This document shows positions 54,281 to 64,000 of a DNA stretch of 64,000 bases, piece by piece. How positions within the stretch are numbered: the stretch's first letter is position 1; the number at the start of each line of letters is the position of its first letter. This DNA is from a bacterium (GTDB taxonomy: Bacteria > UBA8248): positions 1-64,000 of the forward strand of contig CBDATS010000004.1 in the NCBI GenBank assembly GCA_965200245.1. Direction: 5' to 3'. Both the position numbers and the translations under genes were made by a program. The notes beneath the pieces were generated by a model. That model saw only the letters and a program-made list of their open reading frames with translations. It was not told the origin of the DNA and made no database searches.

Positions 54281-55486
54281 CTACCTCACACCCTCCCCCG
54301 CCATGAAGCGAGCGATTTCATCTTCCGGCCAGCCGAGCCATTCCCCGAACACCTTGGCGGTGTGCTGGCCGAGCAGGGGCGGCGGTTTCGCTTCGGCCTG
54401 AGCACCGCTCATGATCCAGGGTGCACTCACCACGCGAATCTCCCCTGAAACGGGGTGCTCGATCTTCTTGATGAGGCCCCGGTGCGCTATCTGGGGGTCT
54501 GCGAGCGCATGCTCGTAGTCGTTCACCACGGCGAAGCCCACGCGCTCGGCTTCCAGGCGCTGCTCCCATTCAGCCATCGTGCACGAGGCGAAAATCCTGG
54601 ACACCCGCTCGTTGATGGCGTCTCTGTTCGCCACGCGCGCCCGCGCGGTGGAGAAACGCTCATCCTCCAGCCAGTCCTCCACACCCAGCGCGCGACAAAA
54701 ACCCGGCCAGAAGCCGTCGTGCTGCACGATGACGGTCACGTACTGCCCATCGCTCGTGCGGTAGGTGTTCGCGGGCACACGCATCGGATTCTCGTTGCCG
54801 TGCCGTCCCGGGGACACGCCCGCCTGGAGCGTCTCACCCATGCGAGGACCGAGAGCGGCCACCATGGCGTCCTGCATGCTTACGTCGATGCAGCGACCCT
54901 CGCCCTCCCTCCTCACCGCGTGAAGCGCGCTCACGATGGCATAGGCTGCGAACATGCCCGCCAGCACGTCGGCGAGCGGTGCGCCGATTTGGGTGGGCTC
55001 CTCCATGCCCGTAACGCTCATGACGCCCGAGACGGCCTGGAGAATCGGGTCGAGCCCTACACGGTCGCGGTAGGGGCCGCTTTGCCCGAAACCAGAGAGC
55101 GAGCAATAGACAATTTTCGGGTTCAGCGCGCGGGCGTCCTCCCAGCCCAAGCCGAGTTCGGCGAGTTTGCCGGGCGCCATGTTCTCGATGAGTGCGTCGG
55201 CCTTGCTTGCAAGGGCGCGCACGGCGGCGCGGCCCGCTTCGGTTTTCATATTGATGGCGACGCTCTTTTTCGATCGATTGTTCGCGTAGAAATAATCCTC
55301 ATGCTCCTCGCGGTCCTTGTAGCGGGTGATGCGGCGCGTATCGTCACCGAAGCCCGGGCGCTCTATCTTCACCACCTCGGCCCCCATGTCCGCCAGCATG
55401 GTGGCGCAGAAAGGTCCCGCTATGACCTGGGTGAAATCCAGAACCCGGAAACCGCTCAATGGCGCTGCGGTATGTGATTCGGACAT
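54281..55486 (-). CDS. CaiB/BaiF family III CoA-transferase
   Basis: PLSGFRVLDFTQVIAGP..ADMGAEVVKIE, NRSKKS, PLLGQHT. Confidence 0.93.
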   Translation of the reverse strand: MSESHTAAPLSGFRVLDFTQVIAGPFCATMLADMGAEVVKIERPGFGDDTRRITRYKDREEHEDYFYANNRSKKSVAINMKTEAGRAAVRALASKADALIENMAPGKLAELGLGWEDARALNPKIVYCSLSGFGQSGPYRDRVGLDPILQAVSGVMSVTGMEEPTQIGAPLADVLAGMFAAYAIVSALHAVRREGEGRCIDVSMQDAMVAALGPRMGETLQAGVSPGRHGNENPMRVPANTYRTSDGQYVTVIVQHDGFWPGFCRALGVEDWLEDERFSTARARVANRDAINERVSRIFASCTMAEWEQRLEAERVGFAVVNDYEHALADPQIAHRGLIKKIEHPVSGEIRVVSAPWIMSGAQAEAKPPPLLGQHTAKVFGEWLGWPEDEIARFMAGEGVR

Positions 55487-55631
55487 CTCTCCCTCAACGG
55501 CCGGAAGCGGCGCAGCTTAAGTGTACACCCCCGCATCGCACAGGTTGCGGCACGAATCGACTTCCAATCCTTCGTTCACGGATCGAGGGCAAGGTCGGCA
55601 TCGCTCATGAGTGCTGTTGATAACGACGCTA

Positions 55632-58283
55632 CTAGAAACTGAGCGAGATGTCGCGGTGGTGCGACATGCAGGCCGCCACGGGTTTCGCGATCTCGCCCGG
55701 CAGATGCTTCAACTGGCGGATGCCGATAGTTCCACGTATCGCGGCTTCATAAGCGGCCAGACCGGAGTCCAACTCACGGGCGGCGCGGGAGCGCCACACT
55801 ACCTCACGCTCGAACAGGGCTACCGCATCATTCAGACGCTTCTCGGCACGTTTGAGACCGGACTTGCCTCGCCTGGAATCGGAGCGCGCCCGCGAGAGTG
55901 CAGAGCGCAAATCGTAGGTTCCGGGAACGGTCCTAAGCGCGCGCTCGGCGTTTCGGATGGCGGAACCCGCCTCTCGCGCCGTCTGCGTTTGCAGGATTTT
56001 CGGCAATTCCTTGATCTTGGCACCCGCTTCCTTGAGAACTGACACCTTCGCCAGCATCTCGCGCACCTTGTGCACGGAGGTGTATGCGTCGTCGACATTG
56101 CGCCGATAGTTGCGGCGGGCGAGAGTCTCCTTCCGCTCCAAGGTCAGGTAACGACGGCTCATCTTCTTCCCACCTTCGGGACGCCTTGCCCCCACGCGTG
56201 CCCTTTGTTTCTTCAATTCTTCGATTTCATGGCGCAATGGCACCGCCGCGTCTGAATCTCGTCCCATACGCCTGATGGTGGTGCGGATCTCGCGTATTTC
56301 GCGGTCAATACGTCTTTCATCCGCGTTTACGCGCCGAATCACGGTATGTACGGGCTTATAGGTCTCCCCGAACTTCCTTCGCTCCACACTGGCTCGGCGC
56401 ACTTCGGAAACCAGATCGAAGGTCCGGGCAGCCTTCTCCATGCCACCAACCAGTTGCCTGCGGACTTTATCGGGCAAATAGCTGGTATCGAGTTTTTGCG
56501 CGGTTTGAATGCTCGCGCGGAGTTTCTCGCCGTCCCGGTCATAGCGCTCGAAGAGATATTGCTCCAGGCAGTTCTGAAGGCGCGGGTTTCTCGGAGGTGG
56601 CGCGGTCTCTCCGGTGAGTGATGTGCGCGTCGGCAGGTAGTTCACCAGTGGGGGATAAAAGCCAACGATGCCCAGGGCCAAGAGTTGCAGCACGATGAAC
56701 GGTACCACACCCTTGTAGATGTCCGTCGTCAGCACGTTAGGCGGCGCGACGCCACGCAGATAGAACAGCGCGAAACCAAATGGCGGCGTCAGGAAGGAGG
56801 TCTGCATGTTGACGCCGATCATCACGCCCAGCCAGACCGCGGTTACGTTTGCCGCAGGGTCCGAGAGCAGGATGGGGGCCACGATAGGCACCACCACCAC
56901 TGCAATCTCAATGAAGTCGAGAAAAAACCCGAGGATGAAGATCACCGCCATAACGACGATGAACTGGCTCCAGAAACCGCCGGGCAGCGTGGTGAGAAAT
57001 TCCTTCACCAATTCCTCGCCGCCGAAGCCCCGGAATGCCGAGGTGAGCATGGCCGCGCCCAAGAGGATGATGAAGACCATCGCCGTGGTCTTGGCAGTCT
57101 CGACCATGACGCCCGCGAGCATCTGTTCGGTGCGGTAGACCCGCCAACCACTCCAGGCAACGGAGATCAGCAGACCGATGACCGCGATAGCGGCGAACGT
57201 CACGCCGATGGCATCGTAGGCACCGTGAATGGTGCGTATGTTGAGGTCGAAGGTGGCCAGCAGGAAAAACAGCGCGAGCAGGGAAAGACCCGCGATAATG
57301 GCCGGCGTATAGCACCCGCGACGGCCTTCGGCCAGACGGTATCCCGCCATGATCGTGGCTCCGACTGCGCCGATGGCACCAGCCTGGTTTACGGTAGCGA
57401 TACCCGCGATGATAGATCCGAGCACGGCCAAGATGAGCGCCAGGGGCGGAATCAGGGCCAGCAACACACGGAAGGCGAACTGGCGATCGAAGTTACCTTC
57501 CATGGGAATAGCCGGTGCACTGGCGGGTCGCATGAGCGCGACAGTGAGTATGTAGATGACGTAAAGGCCCACCAGCACCAAACCGGGCACGATGGCCCCT
57601 AGAAACATGTCGCCTGCGCTGGCCGAGGTGATGCTGAATTCTGTGGGCATGATGAACTGGCCAGTGGACGACTTGAAGTCCACCAGACGCAACGTACCCG
57701 CCTGATCGGTCGCATTCGAAAGTTGGTCCGCCAGGATGATGAGCACCACGGATGGCGGGATAATCTGCCCCAGTGTACCCGCCGCGCAAATGGTCCCTGT
57801 AGCGAGTTGGCGCGAATAGCCGTTGCGCAACATGGCCGGCAGTGAGATGAGGCCCATGGCCACCACGGTGGCGCCGAGAATACCGGTTGTGGCGGCGAGC
57901 AATGCCCCCACCAGCACCACCGAGATACCGAGACCGCCCGGAACTGGCCCGAACAGGCGCGCCATGGTCACCAGAAGGTCTTCGGCAATCTTCGAGCGCT
58001 GCAACATGATACCCATGAACACGAATAAGGGCACGGCGATGATGGTGTCTCGCTCGACTTCCCAGTAAACGCCCCGGAAATTGGTGACACCTGCGGTGAG
58101 CCACTGAACGGGGCCGTCCTGTGCGAAAAAGGCGCTAGCGTCCCCGGCGAAAATGTAGCCGGTAATCGACGCGAGTCCGATGGTCAGGATGGCCGAGCCG
58201 GGCAGCGCGAAGGCCACCGGGTAACCCGATGCCAGCGCTCCGGCCATGGCCAAGATCAGCAGTGCGAGAAAGAAAAGTTCCAC
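55632..58283 (-). CDS. dctM: TRAP transporter large permease with long soluble C-terminal extension
   Basis: GTLGQIIPPS, NMQTSFLTPPFGFALFYL. Confidence 0.9.
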   Translation of the reverse strand: MELFFLALLILAMAGALASGYPVAFALPGSAILTIGLASITGYIFAGDASAFFAQDGPVQWLTAGVTNFRGVYWEVERDTIIAVPLFVFMGIMLQRSKIAEDLLVTMARLFGPVPGGLGISVVLVGALLAATTGILGATVVAMGLISLPAMLRNGYSRQLATGTICAAGTLGQIIPPSVVLIILADQLSNATDQAGTLRLVDFKSSTGQFIMPTEFSITSASAGDMFLGAIVPGLVLVGLYVIYILTVALMRPASAPAIPMEGNFDRQFAFRVLLALIPPLALILAVLGSIIAGIATVNQAGAIGAVGATIMAGYRLAEGRRGCYTPAIIAGLSLLALFFLLATFDLNIRTIHGAYDAIGVTFAAIAVIGLLISVAWSGWRVYRTEQMLAGVMVETAKTTAMVFIILLGAAMLTSAFRGFGGEELVKEFLTTLPGGFWSQFIVVMAVIFILGFFLDFIEIAVVVVPIVAPILLSDPAANVTAVWLGVMIGVNMQTSFLTPPFGFALFYLRGVAPPNVLTTDIYKGVVPFIVLQLLALGIVGFYPPLVNYLPTRTSLTGETAPPPRNPRLQNCLEQYLFERYDRDGEKLRASIQTAQKLDTSYLPDKVRRQLVGGMEKAARTFDLVSEVRRASVERRKFGETYKPVHTVIRRVNADERRIDREIREIRTTIRRMGRDSDAAVPLRHEIEELKKQRARVGARRPEGGKKMSRRYLTLERKETLARRNYRRNVDDAYTSVHKVREMLAKVSVLKEAGAKIKELPKILQTQTAREAGSAIRNAERALRTVPGTYDLRSALSRARSDSRRGKSGLKRAEKRLNDAVALFEREVVWRSRAARELDSGLAAYEAAIRGTIGIRQLKHLPGEIAKPVAACMSHHRDISLSF

Positions 58284-58285
58284 GG

Positions 58286-59304
58286 TTAGGACGGCTCTGG
58301 TGTCGAGTGGCTTGGCAACTGTCCGCGAAGAATCGCCATGGAGTCAAGGTAGCACGCCAGAAACTGCGTCATCATGGACACGGCGTAGACAGCGAGAAAT
58401 CCCGCCATCAGGTACTTGACGTAGAGACCGAACCCGCTCTGGGACGTTTCGAAATAAAGCAGCGGGCTGTTGATGACAGACGCCTTGCCCGCCATGCCGA
58501 CGGCCAGGATCGTCCAGCACAGCGGTACACCCAGCAATATGGAGCCCCACGCGTTGACCAGGGCCTTACGCCGCTCGCTGAAATGCGTGTACAGCACGTC
58601 CACACGCACGTGGCCCTCGGCGACCAGGGTATGGGCACTGGCGAACAGGAACAGCGCGGCATACCAAAAACGCACCAGATCGCCCATGAAAGCCTGTTCA
58701 TAGGAGAAGATGAAGCGCGCGATGACGATCTGGAACTCTGCGACGACTACGAGCACCGAAAGCCAGATGAAGTCGAGCCCCCGCTTGAAGCATGCCACCA
58801 CAACCGCCGCGAGCAGTAACGGCAAATGTATGTAGACACCGCGAAAACTCGAGACGCCCAGTTTCTGGGCCAGCGTCTTGCCGAACACTGCGGGCAACAG
58901 CCCTTCCACGCGCAGGAACGATATGATCCCGTCGACGATGCCGATGAAGAACGTCGCCCAAAAGGCCGCAGTAATAATATAGGCGGTGATGGAACCCAAA
59001 AGCGCCGCGTCCGAAGCGAACGGCCTCTCCCGGTTCCTGAGTGCAATGACGGTGATGGCGACGACCGGCAGGGCGTAGCAGATGAGTTGCAGCCACGCCA
59101 AGAACATCGCTCCCCCGCCACGCGACGACTGAGAAAAAATGCTCGCGACGCCCGGCCAGCCAAGCCAGAAAACCAGATAGTTGTTAAAGAGGAAAGCGAA
59201 CATGGTAGCGGCCAGCGACAGCGCGAAAGCGCGAAAGCGCGGTAGAGCGCGTCCGCGATGCCGGGCCGACTTTCTCCCGCTTCTTCCAACAGAACTTCCG
59301 TCAC
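58286..59304 (-). pseudogene. dctQ: TRAP small permease, frameshifted by an 8-bp tandem duplication at about 59220-59241
   Basis: GHVRVDV motif; removing one AGCGCGAA unit joins MTEVLLEE...LYRAFALS to LAATMFAFLFNNY. Confidence 0.8.
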
Positions 59305-59346
59305 CGTAGGAAACCGTAGCGGTCTGTCACACTATGCGCCGGACGT

Positions 59347-60461
59347 CTAACTTGAGACGCCGAGCACGCGGTTGCGCTGCGCCACGAAAGCCTGGTCGGA
59401 AAGGTTCGTCCAGTTACCGACCTCACGGCGCGTCTTGTCGAAGCTCTCATGGATGCGTTTGGCAAGTTTGCTGTGGTTCACCACACTCGCGAAGACTTCC
59501 TCGGCCGCTTTCCCAAACGCATCATAGATGTCGTCGTTGAACTTGCGTACCTGGACGCCCTGATCTCGCGTGAGCCGCGCCAGCGCCGCACCGTTCTTGG
59601 CATTGTACTCAGCCATCATCACGTCGTTCTCCATCGAGGCCGCGGCCTCGATAAGCGTTTGATCGGCCTTCGAGAGCGAATCCCAGAATTTCTTGTTGAA
59701 ACCCGCAGACAACATCGCTCCGGGCTCACGCATGCCCGGGTAGTAGTAGTACTTGGCCGCCTCGTAGAACTTCATGAATTCATCGTTCCACGGCCCCACC
59801 CATTCAGTGGCGTCGATGGCGCCCGAAACGAGGTTCTCGTAGATCTGCCCACCCGGCAAGGAAACCGGTGAGGCACCGAGCTTTGCCATGACGTCGCCGC
59901 CAAGGCCCGGGATACGCATCTTGAGGCCCTTGAGGTCGTCAGCGCTGTTGATCTCCTTGCGGAACCAGCCGCCCATCTGCACACCCGTGTTGCCACACAT
60001 GAGGCCCTTGATCCCGAAACCTGCGGCTAGCTCGTCCCAGAGTTCCTGTCCCCCACCGAAGCGGATCCAAGCGTTCAACTCGGTGTAAGTGAGGCCGAAA
60101 GGCACGGCAGTGAAGTAGGCCCAGCCCGGATGCTTGCCTTTCCAGTAGTAGTCGGCCGCATGGTAGGCCTGCGCGTTGCCGGAAGCTACCTCGTCGAATG
60201 AGTCGAAGGCACCGACGCGCTCACCAGCGGCGAAGTAGGTCACCTTGATGCGACCGTCGCTCATGTCCAAAAGACGCTTGGCGAAGCGTTGCGCTCCGGT
60301 GCCGAGACCAGGAAATCGCGTGGCCAGGTGGTGACGATGGCGATCTCGATCCGCTTCTTCATCATGGCGGGCGCCTTCTGGGCCTGTGCCAGCCCGGTGC
60401 CCGTCACGACCGCGACGGCAGTGCCGGCTGCGGCGCCGGTCATAAAGTCACGACGTTTCAT
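59347..60461 (-). pseudogene. dctP: Tat-exported TRAP substrate-binding protein (TakP-like), -1 frameshift near 60312
   Basis: KRRDFM signal, TTWPRDF then (P)GLGTGAQRFAKRLLDMSDGR in the next frame; GLKMRIPGLGG, DATEWVGPWND. Confidence 0.88.
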
Positions 60462-60694
60462 CTCATTCTCCTTATGTTGATAATGAAAGTTGTATGCTCT
60501 TCGTTACATGCACATTCGGCGAAATGGCCGAAACACAACATCCACCTACATTATAATCAAACCTATTCATAAATTTTCGCTGCGCTGGAAATATTACGAC
60601 AAGCGCTATAACGGCGCAACCGCCAATTTGGCGATTCCCGGTCAGGGCGAGATGTATCTGCTTCCCGTAGGCCAAAAAAAATCTGAGCGAACGC

Positions 60695-60910
60695 GAAACG
60701 ACGTTACTGAGCGTCCTGAAAGCGCTGCAACTCGAAATTGCAAGGGAGCGCGGGGTGCCCGCCTTTATCGTGTTTCACGACCGCACATTGAACGATATGG
60801 CGCACCGATGCGGAGTTCGCAGGGATCAGCGGCGTGGGGACTGCCAAACGGAAGGTTTTTGCAGAACCGTTCTTGGCCGCAATTGACAAGGCCCTCTTTG
60901 ATACGGACAG
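60695..60910 (+). pseudogene. RecQ-type HRDC domain remnant
   Basis: LKALQLEIARERGVPAFIVFHDRTL.DMA / TDAEFAGISGVGTAKRKVFAEPFLAAI, with an internal deletion or frameshift. Confidence 0.75.
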
Positions 60911-61172
60911 GAACACCGGAGTTCTCGAAGCCGGCATTATCAAGAATGGAAGTGGTTTCTCCGCTCTGGTCACAGAATCAGAAACGCCGCCCCAAGCAGA
61001 ATGAGTGATACTAGACGTGTTGGGTAACCGTGAGACTCAATTGATGGATTTCAAGCGCATCAACAATATCAACGAACCACAATGTCCGTTTGCATCGCCC
61101 CCACAATCTGATTGAAGAGAACCTAGAAACCCGGAAACCGGTTTCTCAACTTCATGGTGACCGAATGGCCTA

Positions 61173-61382
61173 GTGCCTCAAGGCGTTAACATCAGCCCCA
61201 GCGGGTTGCACAGGGCGCCTAACGCAAACGAAGGCCCAGCCGTGGTCCGCATGCTTCTCGGATACCGCGCCAACCTCAACGAGGAATTTACAGTGAAGAG
61301 AGGGAATCATCAGAGTTTCTTGCAAGTGGCTGCACACCGCCTCGCGGAACGTAAGCACTTAGACCATCATTGCCTGCTCTGA
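61173..61382 (+). pseudogene. Possible ankyrin-repeat fragment
   Basis: LHRA..ANEGPAVVRMLLGYRANLN resembles one ANK repeat. Confidence 0.35.
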
Positions 61383-61559
61383 GCACTCAAATACCGTATC
61401 ACCGATACCATGCGGGCCAAAGACGTGAAAGACACAATCGAACGGGACCCCGAAGCGTCAGGGTGTGGCAGCGCAGAAGTTATTCACAAACCCTAGCTGT
61501 TAAACGATAACAACTCGTTCGGCATTACCAGCGATTTCGCAAGCTAGCTTGAGGATCGG

Positions 61560-61932
61560 GGGATGGACCATCTCTGCAGCGCATCGAACCACCCCCCAGA
61601 CCCAGGCAAGATCGAGCGTTGGCACCAGATCCTGAAGAACCGGATCCTGCCCGAAAACTACTATCTGCCGGGTGACCTCGAAGCCGCCGTCGGCACCTTC
61701 TTCGGGCACTACAACCACCGCGACCACGAAAGCCCCAGAAACCTCACCCCCGCCGACATCTACTCCGGTCATGGTCACACCATCATTTACAGAAGGAGAA
61801 AGATCAAGAAACCTGACAATCCAAAAGGACCACCTGACCCACCAAAAGCAAGCGGCCTGACAGCAGCCAGGATGACCCAGAGCCTCCGTCAAATAACTCT
61901 CGCCATTGTCTCATTCATCCTGAAAACGGACA
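61560..61932 (+). mobile_element. IS481/IS3-type transposase C-terminal remnant with right end
   Basis: GKIERWHQILKNRILPENYYLPGDLEAAV..F..HYN..HES..NLTPAD.Y.G; ends TGTCTCATTCATCCTGAAAACGGACA. Confidence 0.8.
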
Positions 61933-61967
61933 CGCGCCCGGTTTCCGGAGCATAAACGCAGAACCGA

Positions 61968-62236
61968 TCAGTTCCCCAACCTTTGTTCGGCCGACACTTC
62001 GTCGTCCTGCCTCTTCGCCTGCCTTTCGTACTCGTCCGCAACACCATTCAGAATATTTGCGACAAAGGGAAAACTCGGGGATCGTTGCCCCTCCCAGTTC
62101 CTGTATTGCTCCGCAAGTTCTCGTTCCTGATCTCCGCCTTCCCCAGCCGCGCGCGTCACGACACCCCGACCGTTACGGGTACCGATAGTAAAGGCATGGA
62201 CTCGGCACCTCTCCCACATATTCACCGCATACTCCC
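61968..62236 (-). pseudogene. C-terminal fragment of a large island-associated protein
   Basis: GTRNGRGVVTRAAGEGGDQERELAEQYRNW...ADEYERQA, a recurring C-terminus as recalled; no N-terminus present. Confidence 0.45.
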
Positions 62237-63298
62237 TTACTCATCCTGTATGCACCATTTCTTATAATTCGTGCAGCCCTTTTCGATTAATTCAACAAAG
62301 TTGCTTGCATCTGAAAAATAGTTCTTGAACGCTTCACGGATGTCCTCTCCCGTTTCACCTTTCACTAAGACGATATCGATGTCTTGCTTAGAGCTTTCAT
62401 TTTCAAGCTGAAACAATTTTTTCAAGGCATCCGTTGCATGCCGAAAAGTTAGAATGTTAGGTGGGAGTTCCCCATCTTCTCCAAAAATCAGAATGAAATT
62501 TTTGTAGTTGGAATCCGATTGATCTTTAGCATCCAGCGATACCAACGTTTTCATAAATTCTAGTTCGTCATCGAGTTCTGAAAACCGATGCACTACCTCT
62601 TTATTACTTAGGTCAGGTAAGCTTGCTCTCATCCCTTCCTCAGAACGAGAAATGATTTCACTTGCAAAGCGAAGGATATCCAGGTACCGCTTATCTCCCC
62701 GATTAAACTTTGGCTGGCTCTTGGTTAGGAATCCGACTAGTTCTACACATGTCGCCCACGCGTGTTGTGGAAACGTTCGATACTACAACTCAATCAACAA
62801 TCCTTTGTGAGCTTGACCAGACACGGAGTTTACATTGTATTCATAAACATCGTGAACTCCGCGATATCCGCTTGATTTTGGCTTTTTTATATAATCATAT
62901 TTGTCAGTTTCATTTTTTAATATGTGATTAAATTTTGCCTCGTGGATATTTCCCCGGAACTCGTACAATTGTTCGATAGTGTGAAATATCAAGCGACATC
63001 CAGCCACATCATCCATGCGACCTAATTGCATTTTGGGAAATCGTTTAAGCTTATCTATGATCGTGTGATTTCGTTTGTGCCTTTGTGCCACAATGATCTT
63101 AGTTCCAGAGCTAAATTTTCGTGTGCGATTTCGAAGAAGGGCTTGGAACGTATTGATTACACGGCGGTGAGAAGCTCTCCATCTCTCTATCACTTCAAAA
63201 TCTTCAATTGTCGCAAGGCCATTCCGAACCCGGTCCCCAGCTCTATTAACACGTTGTCTCGAACCACCAGGGAACTTCCCTGCCTGCCTATTTTTCAC
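62237..63298 (-). pseudogene. CapRel-like RelA/SpoT (toxSAS)-antitoxin fusion with an in-frame amber at 62783-62785
   Basis: VNRAG, AQRHKR..TIIDKL, MDDVAGCR, DYIKKPKSSGYRGVH, IEL*YRT..QHAWAT, continuing in frame to DIVLV...AFKNYF. Confidence 0.8.
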
Positions 63299-63378
63299 TT
63301 TAGTTCCCCTAAGAAGCCTTAATTATCTTCGGAGTTACTGTCCCTGCAATGAACCAACCGCAAAATATTGCACCAAAA

Positions 63379-63536
63379 CCCAACCCATAGGAAAACACAA
63401 GGGGTTGTATCCCAAACCTAAAAAAGAGGGATGCCCAATAAAAAGATTTCATGGACAAGAACCCTTTCTTAAGGGCAGGTCGCTGACATCCGAATTATGT
63501 AACCCCCCAACTTCTTGCATTCCCTTATAGGTTGGG
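63379..63536. repeat. About 160-bp nested imperfect palindrome (MITE-like or structured RNA)
   Basis: 63379-63407 vs reverse complement of 63508-63536 match at 21/29 with all mismatches transitions; inner stems GGATG/CATCC and GCCC/GGGC. Confidence 0.5.
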
Positions 63537-63633
63537 CACCTCATACAAGATATTTCGTCCATTTTGTCAATGAGGATGCTCACTATTTATTACAGTGTTG
63601 AGAAAGCAAGCTATAAGATAACACCACCTTGGG

Positions 63634-63802
63634 CTCATTGAGACCTTCGTTGAGACGCCCCTACACACTGGCGCCGTGTACAGGGCACTAGGATGGATCT
63701 AGGTCCATGCCACACGGGAACGCGGACGCTACGACAAGCCCGAAAAAGACCTCCGGCTGTGACCACCTCCGCAGAAACTGCAGACAAGGCCTCAACCGTT
63801 AA
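63634..63802 (+). pseudogene. DUF4338-family (IS-associated) C-terminal remnant
   Basis: LIETFVETPLHTGAVYRALGWI*V..TRERGRYDKPEKDLRL. Confidence 0.65.
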
Positions 63803-64000
63803 AACACGCGCTGTCATCCCACAACCCAATGGTTATACCGACCTAGACGCGACATGTTGCGCGACAGTTGTAATCCATCCGCTTTCAGTTTGATTACATT
63901 TTGAGAATGACAGATTACAGGCGTGGTCGAATATCACCTGACTCAATCAATTACAAAATCTTTTATCGAATTTCATAACCACGAAAAACTGCAATGCCTC

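Noticed and set aside
63634-63802. Druantia defence system
   Set aside because: Only a short, stop-containing DUF4338-like fragment with no partner genes in the window.

Overview
Bacterial chromosomal window in which intact housekeeping and transport blocks alternate with heavily decayed accessory islands. The abundant pseudogenes, Tat-exported solute-binding proteins and NHLP precursors would fit a host-associated organism such as a sponge symbiont, but that is inference only. (1) 1-17.2 kb is metabolic: YyaL-like, DUF488, M20 peptidase, hydrolase, DUF3604, FNR, frameshifted enoyl-CoA hydratase, acyl-CoA mutase, AOR, QueE and two SDRs. It carries two NHLP (proteusin-type) RiPP precursor genes inside a 355-bp inverted repeat whose identity stops exactly at the Gly-Gly leader/core junction, so the leaders are identical and the cores differ. 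(2) 17.2-22.2 kb is a restriction islet: SmaI-like R-M pair plus BsuBI, integrase and DUF429 remnants. (3) 22.3-33.6 kb holds ABC transporters, ChrA and DUF4399. (4) 33.8-53.5 kb is a defence island: AbiE, an intact membrane protein / AdoMetDC-like / DUF3326 operon, HEPN proteins and a type I R-M locus. Its hsdS-hsdR interval is a stack of cargo modules, each closed by a fossil copy of the hsdR 5' end. (5) 53.9-60.5 kb has a cupin, a CoA-transferase and a decaying TRAP system. (6) 60.6-64 kb has remnants of RecQ HRDC, an IS and DUF4338, plus a CapRel-like gene with one amber codon. No rRNA, tRNA or CRISPR array was seen. All family calls are by-eye motif recognition, not database searches.
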